DNA of 64,000 bases from Candidatus Spechtbacteria bacterium RIFCSPHIGHO2_02_FULL_43_15b (GTDB taxonomy: Bacteria; Patescibacteriota; Minisyncoccia; Spechtbacterales; HO2-43-30): contig MHOE01000013.1 in NCBI GenBank assembly GCA_001819985.1, positions 1,088 to 65,087 on the forward strand, in the 5' to 3' direction. The notes under the pieces are model-generated. The model saw nothing but the letters and a program-made list of their open reading frames with translations, was not told where the DNA came from and did no database searches. This document shows, piece after piece, positions 21,073 through 30,713 of the stretch (position 1 is the first letter of the stretch; every line of letters starts with the position of its first letter). A program made the position numbers and the translations under genes.

Positions 21073-22221
21073 CTAAATAGCATACCCCGTATTCTTTGCG
21101 AGATACGCAAATGACTCTTTATCTTGGCGTTCGGATTTTATGCCGTTAAACTCTGCCTCCATAATCCTTGAGCGCTTGAGCGAAGCCCTGGAATTATCTA
21201 TAAAATGACAAAATTGCGCGCGAAGCTTAAGCTCCTGATTTCTCGTTATGTCATCCTGCCTTCTCATTAAGCACAATATCTTTTCGAAACGCAAAGCTTG
21301 CCATATCGCGAATCCCGGCTGATTTTTTAGCCACGCAAAGAATGCCCCTGAAACCCTTTCCCTGTCTTTTATATCTTCTTCTTCGTTACCGTTTATAAGA
21401 CGGCTCATAACCTCCGGACGGCGAAGGTTCGCGTAAAGTTCCCGCATCTCATCATCTCCTTCCCTTAAAAACACTACTTCCTCGCCTAAACCCGCGGCGC
21501 CGAGATCCGAAAACGCCACAACCAAAACCTCTTTTGGAACTTTCTCTCCGCGCTCCATCGGCATTTCAATATGGGGCTGGAAAAACATAGGCCCTTTTAT
21601 TATACCCTCCCCTTTTAATTCCTCCATGAATTTCCCTAACTCCGGATTTTGGCTGATAGCCGCTCCGTAATATGGATATTCCTCAAATACAGCACCCTTA
21701 AAATCACTGCCGAGATTGACATCCGGATATGTGGCATCTATCGCCCAACGGGCAATTCGGATATCTTCTTCAGTAAAAATCTTGCTATTTGAAATTTTGT
21801 TTTCATCCCTCATCTGCTCCTCAAGGAGTCCCGCGCTCGCCCCCTCATTCCCATCCGCTCCTTTTGGCTTATCGCCCGCGCGCGCGCCGCGATGCCGCCG
21901 CACCATAGCTAATATTTCATTTTGGTCAGCGCGGTCATAATTTATAACCGTGTCATGCCACGCGATAGCCATATCTGCGAGCGCGTACTGTTTCGGAGAT
22001 AACTCCAACGCCTCTGCCATTTGCTTTGCGCGACTTTCCAAAACTCTAGGATGTTCCGATGTATGATATGTCTTTGGATCCCTGCCCGACTCATCGTGCT
22101 CCTTTCCGTGAAAATCGAGGCCTCTATCCGCGATTCTTCTTGATACTTTTTCAAAGGTTGTTTCACTCGAATTTTCCGCATCCGGATTTTTCTCGCCTTC
22201 GAATTTTTGGGTATTATCCAT
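21073..22221 (-). CDS. HD-superfamily metal-dependent phosphohydrolase
   Basis: YHTSEH...AWHDTV...FSDLG ligand pattern. Confidence 0.75.
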   Translation of the reverse strand: MDNTQKFEGEKNPDAENSSETTFEKVSRRIADRGLDFHGKEHDESGRDPKTYHTSEHPRVLESRAKQMAEALELSPKQYALADMAIAWHDTVINYDRADQNEILAMVRRHRGARAGDKPKGADGNEGASAGLLEEQMRDENKISNSKIFTEEDIRIARWAIDATYPDVNLGSDFKGAVFEEYPYYGAAISQNPELGKFMEELKGEGIIKGPMFFQPHIEMPMERGEKVPKEVLVVAFSDLGAAGLGEEVVFLREGDDEMRELYANLRRPEVMSRLINGNEEEDIKDRERVSGAFFAWLKNQPGFAIWQALRFEKILCLMRRQDDITRNQELKLRAQFCHFIDNSRASLKRSRIMEAEFNGIKSERQDKESFAYLAKNTGYAI

Positions 22222-22335
22222 ATTGCCAATATATGATAAAATTAAAATCTATACGCATAATAAAGCAATAAGGCATTAACTGGCAAAGGTCGAGAATCTT
22301 CGCAAATCCAATAATCAATTTTTAAGTTAAATACC

Positions 22336-23193
22336 ATGTCAAAATTTTTAGCAACGATTGTCATGCTTGGCGCTGGAGTAGGAGGCGTTTCTTTCGCCGC
22401 GGAGGACTCTTTGCCGGGCGACCAGCTTTATCCCGTAAAGATTTACTTCACCGAAAATGTTAAATCCGCTTTATCGTTAGACCCGGAATCCGACGCTAAT
22501 ACCGAAGCGGCCAAAATAGGAAAGCGTCTCGAGGAAGCCGGTAAACTCGCGCTTAAGGGAAGATTAAGCCAAAATATCGCGGACAAACTGGACGCGCAAT
22601 TCCAAAAGCACCTGCAAAAAATGTCGGAAATTGCCGATAAACTTGAGGAGCAAGGCAAACTTGAAGCCGCGAATCAAATTAGATCCCGTCTCGAATCTAT
22701 TCTTATCGCGCACGAAGAAATACTCCAGGAAATCACGGAAAATGCTCTGACGAGACCGGAAATAAAAGAAATTGTAGCCAAAGTAAAAAACCAAATTCAA
22801 ACTCAATTCGCAGACAATGAAGAATTGAGAATCCGTATCGAAGATAAACTAAGATCTAAGATCGGACCCGCTGTCCAAACTGCCGCTGAAGGAAAACTTT
22901 CCGCCGCGGAAAACAAATTGGATGAAGTGGAATCTTTTGTTGAAAAAAAATCCGATACGCTTAGTCCTGAAGCTAAGATGAAAATAGATGCCGCCATAAC
23001 AGCCGCTAGAAATGCCATAACCGATGGAAAAACCAAATTGAACTCCGAACAATATGCCGAAGCGTTCCTGCTTTTCCAAAAATCCATAGCGCTTTCCCAG
23101 CAAGCGAAAATAATGGCGGCTATCCACTCCGAATTAGCAGAACAGGATCTTGAAACCGATAATAACGAACTTGAAGATAACGGGGGAGAATAA
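22336..23193 (+). CDS. DUF5667-like secreted helical protein
   Basis: Signal-like N-terminus, then AEDSLPGDQLYPVKIYFTENV; coiled-coil remainder. Confidence 0.75.
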   Translation: MSKFLATIVMLGAGVGGVSFAAEDSLPGDQLYPVKIYFTENVKSALSLDPESDANTEAAKIGKRLEEAGKLALKGRLSQNIADKLDAQFQKHLQKMSEIADKLEEQGKLEAANQIRSRLESILIAHEEILQEITENALTRPEIKEIVAKVKNQIQTQFADNEELRIRIEDKLRSKIGPAVQTAAEGKLSAAENKLDEVESFVEKKSDTLSPEAKMKIDAAITAARNAITDGKTKLNSEQYAEAFLLFQKSIALSQQAKIMAAIHSELAEQDLETDNNELEDNGGE

Positions 23194-23682
23194 CTAGGAC
23201 GCATGAGATAGAAAAACATCTCGGGCAATTGCCCGAGATGTTTTTTGTTGCTTCGCGGAAGAACTTTTATCCGCTCTCATTTTAATATCCATAACCGCGA
23301 CCGTTTCGCCATCCTGATTGAAAATTTCCATCTTGCAATTAAAATATCCGAATCCCCAATGTGCCTTATCATATTTTAACAACACCTTTAATATGCAATA
23401 TATGTGCTCACCCGCCCTTACCGGTTTTAGATATGATGTCTTATCCTCAATGAGCATTAACCCTTCCAAAAAACTATAAGGAAGAGCTCCTATGGCAACA
23501 TCGCCGGTAAGCCGGCCATGAGAAACTATTTCGCCAAAAGGTCCTTCCCGGCTAGCATCCTCATCGAGATGCAGGGGGTTGTGATCGCCCGTAAGATCGG
23601 CAAATCTTTCAATCATATCAAATGTTATGATCTGGAGATCTGTTTTGATCTCATATCCTTCTTTTACATCTTCAAAGTACAT
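23194..23682 (-). CDS. MaoC-family (hotdog fold) dehydratase
   Basis: FADLTGDHNPLHLD...IVSHG; SD AAGGAGG before MYFED. Confidence 0.88.
   Translation of the reverse strand: MYFEDVKEGYEIKTDLQIITFDMIERFADLTGDHNPLHLDEDASREGPFGEIVSHGRLTGDVAIGALPYSFLEGLMLIEDKTSYLKPVRAGEHIYCILKVLLKYDKAHWGFGYFNCKMEIFNQDGETVAVMDIKMRADKSSSAKQQKTSRAIARDVFLSHAS
23212..23245. terminator. Perfect palindrome, probable bidirectional terminator
   Basis: aaaaacatctcgggcaattgcccgagatgttttt at the junction of convergent genes. Confidence 0.7.
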
Positions 23683-23841
23683 CAAAATCCCTCCTTTCAA
23701 TTCGCGCGTCAAAGAATAAATACAACAAAATCCAGAAATCGAAAATGTTGACTGTTCAAACAAAAATGGTATTATTCCTTAGCTACTTTGACTTTGAGGT
23801 TAGTATGCGATGAACCTTAAAAATTTACAAGTGGTGAGCGC

Positions 23842-25362
23842 ATGAAGAATAGGTGGTTTATGATTTCTATTCTCGCAATTGTCTTTTTGGGAATTGGCGG
23901 GATACCATCTTATGGAGTAAATACGGAGGCAGTATCTGCGGGGCATGGCGATTACAACTTCCTGCTTTGGATAGCCATTCTTCTCGTTATTGCCGCGTTC
24001 GGACGCCTTATCGAAAAAATAAAACAGCCATCGGTTCTTGGTGAACTTGTAGCGGGCTTGCTTCTTGGCGTTCCTCTCTTTGTCGGCTTTACTTATTTTG
24101 AAAATGTCAAAAATAGTGAATTCATAAAGAATGTAGCAGAGCTTGGCGTAGTAATACTCCTCTTCCAGACAGGCCTTGAATCTAATATTTCCGAAATGCA
24201 AAAAAATGGAGTCCGAGCTTTGGCTGTGGCCGCAATAGGAGTCGCGGCGCCTTTTTCCCTTGGCTATTTTGTAAGTCCGCTACTTATACCCAACTTATCA
24301 TCTCACACCGCCTTATTTTTAGGAGCAACGCTTACCGCCACATCTGTCGGTATAACAGCTCGGGTATTTAGGGATCTTGGAAAGCTCAACACTAGAGAGG
24401 CAAAAATCATTTTAGGAGCCGCCGTATTTGATGATGTAATAGGACTTATAATTCTTTCCGTAGTATCTGCCATAGCGCTGAATGGTTCAGTCGAGATTTC
24501 AGATGTTGGCTTTGTGATTGCAAAAGCCGTGGGATTCCTGTTAATCGCGGTCTTTTTGTTAAGGCCGCTAACGCACCATATAAGCAAAATGTTTTCAAAA
24601 ATCAACACGGGGATAGGAATGAAATTCGTTCTTGCGATGTCTTTTTGTTTGGTTTTAGCGTACGCGGCAAGTTTAATAGGGCTTGCGCCGATAGTAGGAG
24701 CATTCGCCGCTGGAATAATACTTGAACCCGTACATTTCAAATTCTTCAAAGAACCGGAGATTATCGAGGAAATTAAGCGCGCCGTACAAGGTGCAAGAAC
24801 ACAAATAAATCAGCGCGTCTCTGAAGTGATAAACAGGTCATCGTATAATCTCGGAATTACCAGTATAGAAGGTATGCGAAGCATAGCTTCTACCGCGATA
24901 AATCAGATTGACAGGATATCTGAATCAGTAAATAAGCACTCCGATCGCCATGTAGCATCACTGCTTGAACCTATAGCATATCTAACTGTGCCTATATTTT
25001 TCGTCCTAACCGGAATGCAAGTTGACCTTGCCACGCTTGGCAATGCCAATGTCGTGGTGGCGGCCGCCGGAATAACTTTTATTGCTTTTACTGGAAAAAT
25101 CGTGTCGGGCCTGGTTATGTGGCGTAGCGGCATCAAATCGGTAGCTGTTGTGGGATTCGGAATGATACCAAGAGGTGAGGTGGGGCTGATTTTCGCAACG
25201 ATAGGCAAAGCTATCGGGGTAGTGTCGGAAGAAGTATTCTCAATCGTTATAATAATGGTTATGGTAAGCACACTTGCCACGCCGGTTATACTTGGATTCC
25301 TGCTTAAAGACAGGGGGGACAACGACCATACCTTAACGCAAAAAACGAATGAGGTGATGTAA
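23842..25362 (+). CDS. CPA2 cation:proton antiporter
   Basis: QPSVLGELVAG; ATSVGITARV; AVFDDVIG; GMIPRGEVGLIFA. Confidence 0.92.
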   Translation: MKNRWFMISILAIVFLGIGGIPSYGVNTEAVSAGHGDYNFLLWIAILLVIAAFGRLIEKIKQPSVLGELVAGLLLGVPLFVGFTYFENVKNSEFIKNVAELGVVILLFQTGLESNISEMQKNGVRALAVAAIGVAAPFSLGYFVSPLLIPNLSSHTALFLGATLTATSVGITARVFRDLGKLNTREAKIILGAAVFDDVIGLIILSVVSAIALNGSVEISDVGFVIAKAVGFLLIAVFLLRPLTHHISKMFSKINTGIGMKFVLAMSFCLVLAYAASLIGLAPIVGAFAAGIILEPVHFKFFKEPEIIEEIKRAVQGARTQINQRVSEVINRSSYNLGITSIEGMRSIASTAINQIDRISESVNKHSDRHVASLLEPIAYLTVPIFFVLTGMQVDLATLGNANVVVAAAGITFIAFTGKIVSGLVMWRSGIKSVAVVGFGMIPRGEVGLIFATIGKAIGVVSEEVFSIVIIMVMVSTLATPVILGFLLKDRGDNDHTLTQKTNEVM

Positions 25363-26726
25363 TGCCGACGGCCAAAACAAGAACATCTGAACCCCTATTA
25401 CAATCTCTTTTCGAAAAAGTCGAATGGGCTGGAAAACTGCTCGAAGTACCCGACTGGGTGATAGAACAAGAAATAAAACTCTACAAGTGCCATGAACTCA
25501 CCGTAGGAAAATTACGGCTAGAGATGGATGACGGAACCTCTGAAAGATTCTCCGCGACCGTGGTATTGCATTGCCAGCCATATTACCACGACAGACCATA
25601 CAAGGGGGGAATACGGCTTTCCAACACAGTTACCCCCTCATTCCTTAGAGTCCTTGCCTTCGAAATGACCTTCAAATGCGCGGTTGCTAATATTGAATTT
25701 GGCGGAGGAAAATCCGGAATACGGATGGAAAGACCCATAAACCAATACTCGCCCCGCGAAATCACAAGGATTATAGAAGCTTTCTCCGAAGTATTTATAA
25801 AGGAACATAGAGTAATATCCCCCCGCTATTATGTTCCCGCGACAGATATGGGAACGACTTCCGGTAATATGGATGTGATACACGGCAAATACTGGGAAGA
25901 GGCCAAAAACGGAACGATAGCAGGCGGCACAGGAACGGCGGTAACCGGACGAACTGTAAAAAATGGCGGAAGTCCAGGCCGGGAAGAGGCGACGGCTCTC
26001 GGGGGTCTAATTGTTCTCGAAAAATTACGCCAGCTAGGCGATATGCCAAAGCTTAAAAGCAAACAACCCACGGTTGTGGTTCAGGGCTTGGGACAAGTAG
26101 GTGGCAACTTCGTAAAGCTAGCCGAAGAACGCGGTTACAAAGTTGTTGGCGTAAGCAATATTACTGGCGCGGTTTACAACAAAGACGGAATAGATATATC
26201 AGAACTTCCAAAGAATAGTAACTTATCCATAAACCCCAACGGCTCCTTGGAAAATGTTACTGGAGAGCATTTGCTATCGCAGGATATTATAACAAAACCA
26301 TGCGATATACTTGTGCCTGCCGCCATGGAAAATGTAATAACCATGGAAAACCATCGAGGAATCAGCGCAAAGGTAATACTTGAACTTGCGAATCACCCGA
26401 CAAATGAAAACGCTCACAGAGAACTCACGAAAAGGGCCTATGTGGTACCGGATATATTCGCTAATGCCGGAGGCGTAAGCGTATCTTTCTGGGAATGGTC
26501 GCTAAGCTTGGGACACCCTCGCCACAGTATGCAGATACAGCAAACTCTTGAAGAGGTACGCGCCAATCTTACCGCTCAAATGGAAGACGCGACAAATCAA
26601 GTTCTTTGGTACGCCAAAAAATACGACACGGATCTTCGTGGAGCGGCGTGGCTTAAAGCCACCCAGCTTATAGCTGAACGGCTTCAGATGAAACATGGCG
26701 ACCGATGGGCGCCAAGACAAAAATAA
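25362..26726 (+). CDS. Glu/Leu/Phe/Val dehydrogenase (glutamate dehydrogenase-like)
   Basis: KGGIR, MTFKCA, GGGKSG, PATDMGT, QGLGQVG, PDIFANAGGV; TAATG coupling to the antiporter. Confidence 0.9.
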   Translation: MPTAKTRTSEPLLQSLFEKVEWAGKLLEVPDWVIEQEIKLYKCHELTVGKLRLEMDDGTSERFSATVVLHCQPYYHDRPYKGGIRLSNTVTPSFLRVLAFEMTFKCAVANIEFGGGKSGIRMERPINQYSPREITRIIEAFSEVFIKEHRVISPRYYVPATDMGTTSGNMDVIHGKYWEEAKNGTIAGGTGTAVTGRTVKNGGSPGREEATALGGLIVLEKLRQLGDMPKLKSKQPTVVVQGLGQVGGNFVKLAEERGYKVVGVSNITGAVYNKDGIDISELPKNSNLSINPNGSLENVTGEHLLSQDIITKPCDILVPAAMENVITMENHRGISAKVILELANHPTNENAHRELTKRAYVVPDIFANAGGVSVSFWEWSLSLGHPRHSMQIQQTLEEVRANLTAQMEDATNQVLWYAKKYDTDLRGAAWLKATQLIAERLQMKHGDRWAPRQK

Positions 26727-26789
26727 AACTTTTCCAACCGGAAAGGTTTTTTATTTGTTTTTGCTACTCTATTATGCTAAATTTTAACT

Positions 26790-27092
26790 ATGCAAATAAT
26801 AATACAAAACCCAAGACAAAATCTAGTAAACGCATTGAGGCAATGCGGATATCATTTCGAACGCCACCATATACAAACCAGCGAGGTTAGCGCGGCAAAA
26901 AATTTAGGAATCGGCGGATTCCCCCGCTTTCATTGCTACGCGAAATTAGACGATGATAAAAATATTGTTATAAACCTTCACTTGGACCAAAAACGCCCAA
27001 GCTACGCGGGAACTCGGACGCACGGAGGCGAATATGACGGCGAATTGGTTCGACAGGAAGCAGAGAGGATAAAAAAACTGTTTGAGATATAA
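26790..27092 (+). CDS. Conserved hypothetical protein (CPR-type)
   Basis: FPRFHCY...LHLDQKRPSY...HGGEYDG; familiar CPR pattern, from recollection only. Confidence 0.7.
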   Translation: MQIIIQNPRQNLVNALRQCGYHFERHHIQTSEVSAAKNLGIGGFPRFHCYAKLDDDKNIVINLHLDQKRPSYAGTRTHGGEYDGELVRQEAERIKKLFEI

Positions 27093-27138
27093 CTTTATAA
27101 TTTCGATTCCATTAAAAATTCAAAAACAAAACTGAAAA

Positions 27139-27837
27139 TTATCTTATTACGCTTCCCTTAAAATCCTCCCCTCTCACCGCTTTCGCTAAATTTTCAAGCT
27201 CCGTCCCCTTAACAATAATCGCTTCTACGCTTTTTTCTTCCGCGAGCTTCGCCGCTATAGGATCAACCGGGGCTTTCATTCCCGGGGTCCATTCATCTCC
27301 CACCATTTTCCTGTACTGTTGCCATGACAATTTTTCTAATCGTTTTGCTGAAGGATTTTTTTCTATATCGTCGTCATAAACATAGTCGATTCTTGTCGCT
27401 ATTAAAACGCTATCTGTATGAAACCTAACGGCGAGCATAACCGCTATGTAATCCGTGGACCAACCTGGCTTCCAACCCGAAGCTATAAAAAGATTGTGCT
27501 TATCTTCGTTTCCGATATCCTTAGTGGGATCGTCGAGTATAATCGGGTGCGCTACATCGAAAAAAACAGTCCTTAACAAATGACCATTCAAGCGAGTCGC
27601 GTGTATGCCGATCCAATCCTTATCCTCATCTGAAATATCAACGATTTCCGAAGCAGCGTTTTGATAGTTTCTAGCGGTGATGCCGCCTCCCGCAACTATA
27701 ACAAATCTCTTTCCTTCATCTAAAAACTTTAAGATAAAATTCCTGAATCCCTTAAGGAATTCTGTGTTGATTTTTTCGGGTACAATAATAGACCCTCCGA
27801 GGGCCATAACTATTGTTTTATTATCGTTTGAGTTCAT
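27139..27837 (-). CDS. pyrH: UMP kinase (archaeal type)
   Basis: ALGGS; VAGGG..ARNY; DWIGIHATRLN; PGWSTD. Confidence 0.92.
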   Translation of the reverse strand: MNSNDNKTIVMALGGSIIVPEKINTEFLKGFRNFILKFLDEGKRFVIVAGGGITARNYQNAASEIVDISDEDKDWIGIHATRLNGHLLRTVFFDVAHPIILDDPTKDIGNEDKHNLFIASGWKPGWSTDYIAVMLAVRFHTDSVLIATRIDYVYDDDIEKNPSAKRLEKLSWQQYRKMVGDEWTPGMKAPVDPIAAKLAEEKSVEAIIVKGTELENLAKAVRGEDFKGSVIR

Positions 27838-27906
27838 TTATTGGAATCATAGCGCGAGTTCGGATTTTGTAAAGATGGTGATAAATTGAATAATGCGTAC
27901 AACAAA

Positions 27907-28057
27907 AACCCTTCCTCAATAGGTGCGGGGAATGAACCCGATATTATTATGTAAGTGGGTCCCCGCAGCATCCCGCCAAGGCGACATGCGATATAAGGAT
28001 CCCTCTTAAAAGATTTGATCCGGATTCAATGAACCCCGCACCAATTGAAAAAGGGTT
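27907..28057 (-). ncRNA. 6S-RNA-like rod-shaped RNA
   Basis: Long closing stem, symmetric AU-rich central bubble and apical hairpin; G-U pairs favour the minus strand. Confidence 0.55.
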
Positions 28058-28154
28058 AAAAAAACTCTTACCCCGCACTCTTATGGTACGCTCTAATTAA
28101 ATCTTATGGCTAAATTTTTCCACGCTCTTTCGCTTGAAAATTCAGAGAAAACCC

Positions 28155-28748
28155 TTAAAACATAATATCCTCCTCCGCTCTTTTGTATTCATGTATTTCT
28201 TCGCTCTTAAACCAATGCTCGAGCTCGTGAGCCGCTTCTGAAGAATCGCCAGACGCGTGAACCACATTGTGTATCGCCCGCTTGCCGATATTTGCAAGTG
28301 TCGGAGAATCTACCGAGAAATCCCCTCTTATCGTTCCCATTTCCGCCACCGCGGGAATGGTTTTTCCGACTATCTTCCTCACCATATCCACGGCGTGTAT
28401 TCCCTGTATTACCATCGCTACTATAGGACCCGAAGTTAAAAAATCCACATTCCACCCCGCTATTTCTTTTCCGATCTCAAGCGGATCGTCAGTTCCAAGT
28501 TCTTTTATGGGATCTTTGCCGTACTGCCGATAGTTATCGAGGGTTTTTTCTCCCATCCCGCGAAGCCATCCATCAGTATTCGGATAGTGGTCTCTAGCCA
28601 TGTCTTCGCTTGCGACTATCATCTTAAGCGATATTATTTTGAGACCTCTCGATTCAACGCGCTTTATTACTTCGCCCACCAAACCGCGCTTTACTCCGTC
28701 CGGTTTGACAAACAAAACTGTTTTTTCTTCTTTTGGGCTGATTTCCAT
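28155..28748 (-). CDS. ndk: Nucleoside diphosphate kinase
   Basis: VKPDGVKRGLVGEV; GTIRGDF; NVVHASG. Confidence 0.96.
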   Translation of the reverse strand: MEISPKEEKTVLFVKPDGVKRGLVGEVIKRVESRGLKIISLKMIVASEDMARDHYPNTDGWLRGMGEKTLDNYRQYGKDPIKELGTDDPLEIGKEIAGWNVDFLTSGPIVAMVIQGIHAVDMVRKIVGKTIPAVAEMGTIRGDFSVDSPTLANIGKRAIHNVVHASGDSSEAAHELEHWFKSEEIHEYKRAEEDIMF

Positions 28749-28820
28749 AAATTTAGGTTTAGGTCTTGGATTTTAGGAAACGACTTTGCGTTTGCTTTTA
28801 AAAGTGGGCTAATGCCTAAT

Positions 28821-29705
28821 TCAAAAACTTTTACCGTTACTTCTTAACAAAATATCGCCCTCCAAGTCCGTCCTTCTAATCTCTATACCATATTTTTCAA
28901 ATCTTTGCAAAACTGCATCATGCGGATGTCCATAGGAGTTATCTCGGCCAGCTGATATAATGACTGTTTTTGGATTTACTTCTCTAAGAAATAATTCAGA
29001 CGAAGATGTTTTGCTCCCGTGATGCGGAATTTTCAAAATTTTAGATCCTATCGCGTTATCGCTAGAAACTATCAATTGCTCTACCACTCTTTCAATGTCA
29101 CCCGTAAAAAGAAATGTGTCATCTCCGTACACTAAACGAAAAACAACCGACAAATCGTTCTGCTCAAAACTAACGGGGTCTGACCCCGTTAGTTTTGAGG
29201 GGTGGAGGATTTCCAAGAAAGATACTTTGGACATCCATATCCTCATCCCGTATTCACCGGCTAAAACCTCCGCCCCTTCGGATAAAACCGCCTCATTCCA
29301 TTTTTCAAAAATTTCGGTTTCCGCCGGTACGCCGTTCCATATTACCGTTCCTATTTCGTAATGTTCCAATGCGGGCACAAGGCCAGTTATGTGATCCGCG
29401 TCCGCGTGAGTCGCAATCATAATATCTATTGACCTATCCCAAAATGGCATAACCGAATTCAATTTTTCGACAACTTTGTCATCCGGCCCGCCGTCAACTA
29501 AAACTTGCTTGCCGTCGGGAAAATTCATAAAAATCGCGTCTCCTTGCCCAACATCAAAAAAGTAAATGCCAAGCTCTCCTGTTTCCGCGTTTGCGAAAAC
29601 GGCAATCCACGATAAAATCGCCACGATAACGAGCGTTATAAGTATAATATACCCGTGCGCTAATTTGAAAAAAATATAATTTATGGAAGATTTTATTGAC
29701 TCCAT
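28821..29705 (-). CDS. ComEC/Rec2 metallo-beta-lactamase domain protein
   Basis: FFDVGQGDA; THADADHITG; LFTGDI; KIPHHGS; NSYGHPH. Confidence 0.92.
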   Translation of the reverse strand: MESIKSSINYIFFKLAHGYIILITLVIVAILSWIAVFANAETGELGIYFFDVGQGDAIFMNFPDGKQVLVDGGPDDKVVEKLNSVMPFWDRSIDIMIATHADADHITGLVPALEHYEIGTVIWNGVPAETEIFEKWNEAVLSEGAEVLAGEYGMRIWMSKVSFLEILHPSKLTGSDPVSFEQNDLSVVFRLVYGDDTFLFTGDIERVVEQLIVSSDNAIGSKILKIPHHGSKTSSSELFLREVNPKTVIISAGRDNSYGHPHDAVLQRFEKYGIEIRRTDLEGDILLRSNGKSF

Positions 29706-29807
29706 GTTTTTGCGATTATACAACGCCAACCCAAAAACAGTAAACTCTAATTCGGCAATGCCTGTTATGTATTTTAAGCATACAAATAAAAAGACGCTTT
29801 AGCGTCT

Positions 29808-30686
29808 TTATTTTTTAAAATCTTCCTCTATCTGCCTGACTAATTCATCCAGGTCAAGCAAGAGATCGTTTTTCTTGGATATGTCAACTTCCGTGTAAAG
29901 TCGCTTTCCTTCCCTCACGCCCTCGACCCCAGAATACCCCGTGACATCGAAAACCAAGATTCCCGTAAAAGGAGTGCTTACTCCCCTTACCCCCATTGTG
30001 TTGCTTGTATTCTTCCGAACTTTTTCGGAAAATAAACTTGGGCCCAAAGGATGAAGTTCATAAATGTGTTCTACGCTAATACTTAAATCTTCTATGCGGA
30101 TTTTCCGTACGGAACCATCTTCATAGAAAATTGACATTTCCACCCTTTTGAGCGGGTCTCCCTCTTTGTAATTTCTTAGAATAACTGAACCCGAAAGCTT
30201 TCCGTCATTACCGTAAACATTAAATCTTAGGGTAAAATTTCCGCCCGAATCAACTTGAAGAACATACCTTGAATCAAAATCCCCTTCAGGCAATGTCAGC
30301 TTCATCAGTCCATCTTTCACGACCCTGCCAAATGCCGGATCCGAATCTATTAGTACGGGGGTTGGAATTGGAGTTGGCTCTAATGTCTCTATCTCCAGTT
30401 CTGGCACTTCCAAAATCGGCGTTGGCGTTTCAGTCGGTACAGTTGTGGGGCTTATTAGCGGCATAGGCGTTATTGTAGGCAAAGGTACGGGAGTACTAAT
30501 CGGCGCAACTTCATCGGCGATTTCTTCCGATTTTTCACTAGACCAGAAAGGCAAGCCGAATACGCCAATACTGTAAAGAAAAACTAAAAACAGAAAAATA
30601 AAAACAATAGCGGCGAACAAGCCCAACAACAAATTATGCCTGTCTCCTCCGCTTCCTCTATATTCGGGTCTTCGCGAATTGTTCAT
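29808..30686 (-). CDS. Single-pass membrane protein with Pro/Thr-rich linker
   Basis: N-terminal TM helix, PISTPVPLPTITP...PTPIPTP linker, globular C-terminus; SD GAAGGAG before MNNSRR (alternative start 30704). Confidence 0.75.
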   Translation of the reverse strand: MNNSRRPEYRGSGGDRHNLLLGLFAAIVFIFLFLVFLYSIGVFGLPFWSSEKSEEIADEVAPISTPVPLPTITPMPLISPTTVPTETPTPILEVPELEIETLEPTPIPTPVLIDSDPAFGRVVKDGLMKLTLPEGDFDSRYVLQVDSGGNFTLRFNVYGNDGKLSGSVILRNYKEGDPLKRVEMSIFYEDGSVRKIRIEDLSISVEHIYELHPLGPSLFSEKVRKNTSNTMGVRGVSTPFTGILVFDVTGYSGVEGVREGKRLYTEVDISKKNDLLLDLDELVRQIEEDFKK

Positions 30687-30713
30687 TTTTACTCCTTCTT
30701 CCATTCAGACCTA

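Noticed and set aside
19140-23193. Prophage or integrative element at tRNA-Pro
   Set aside because: No integrase, phage genes or duplicated tRNA 3' end seen
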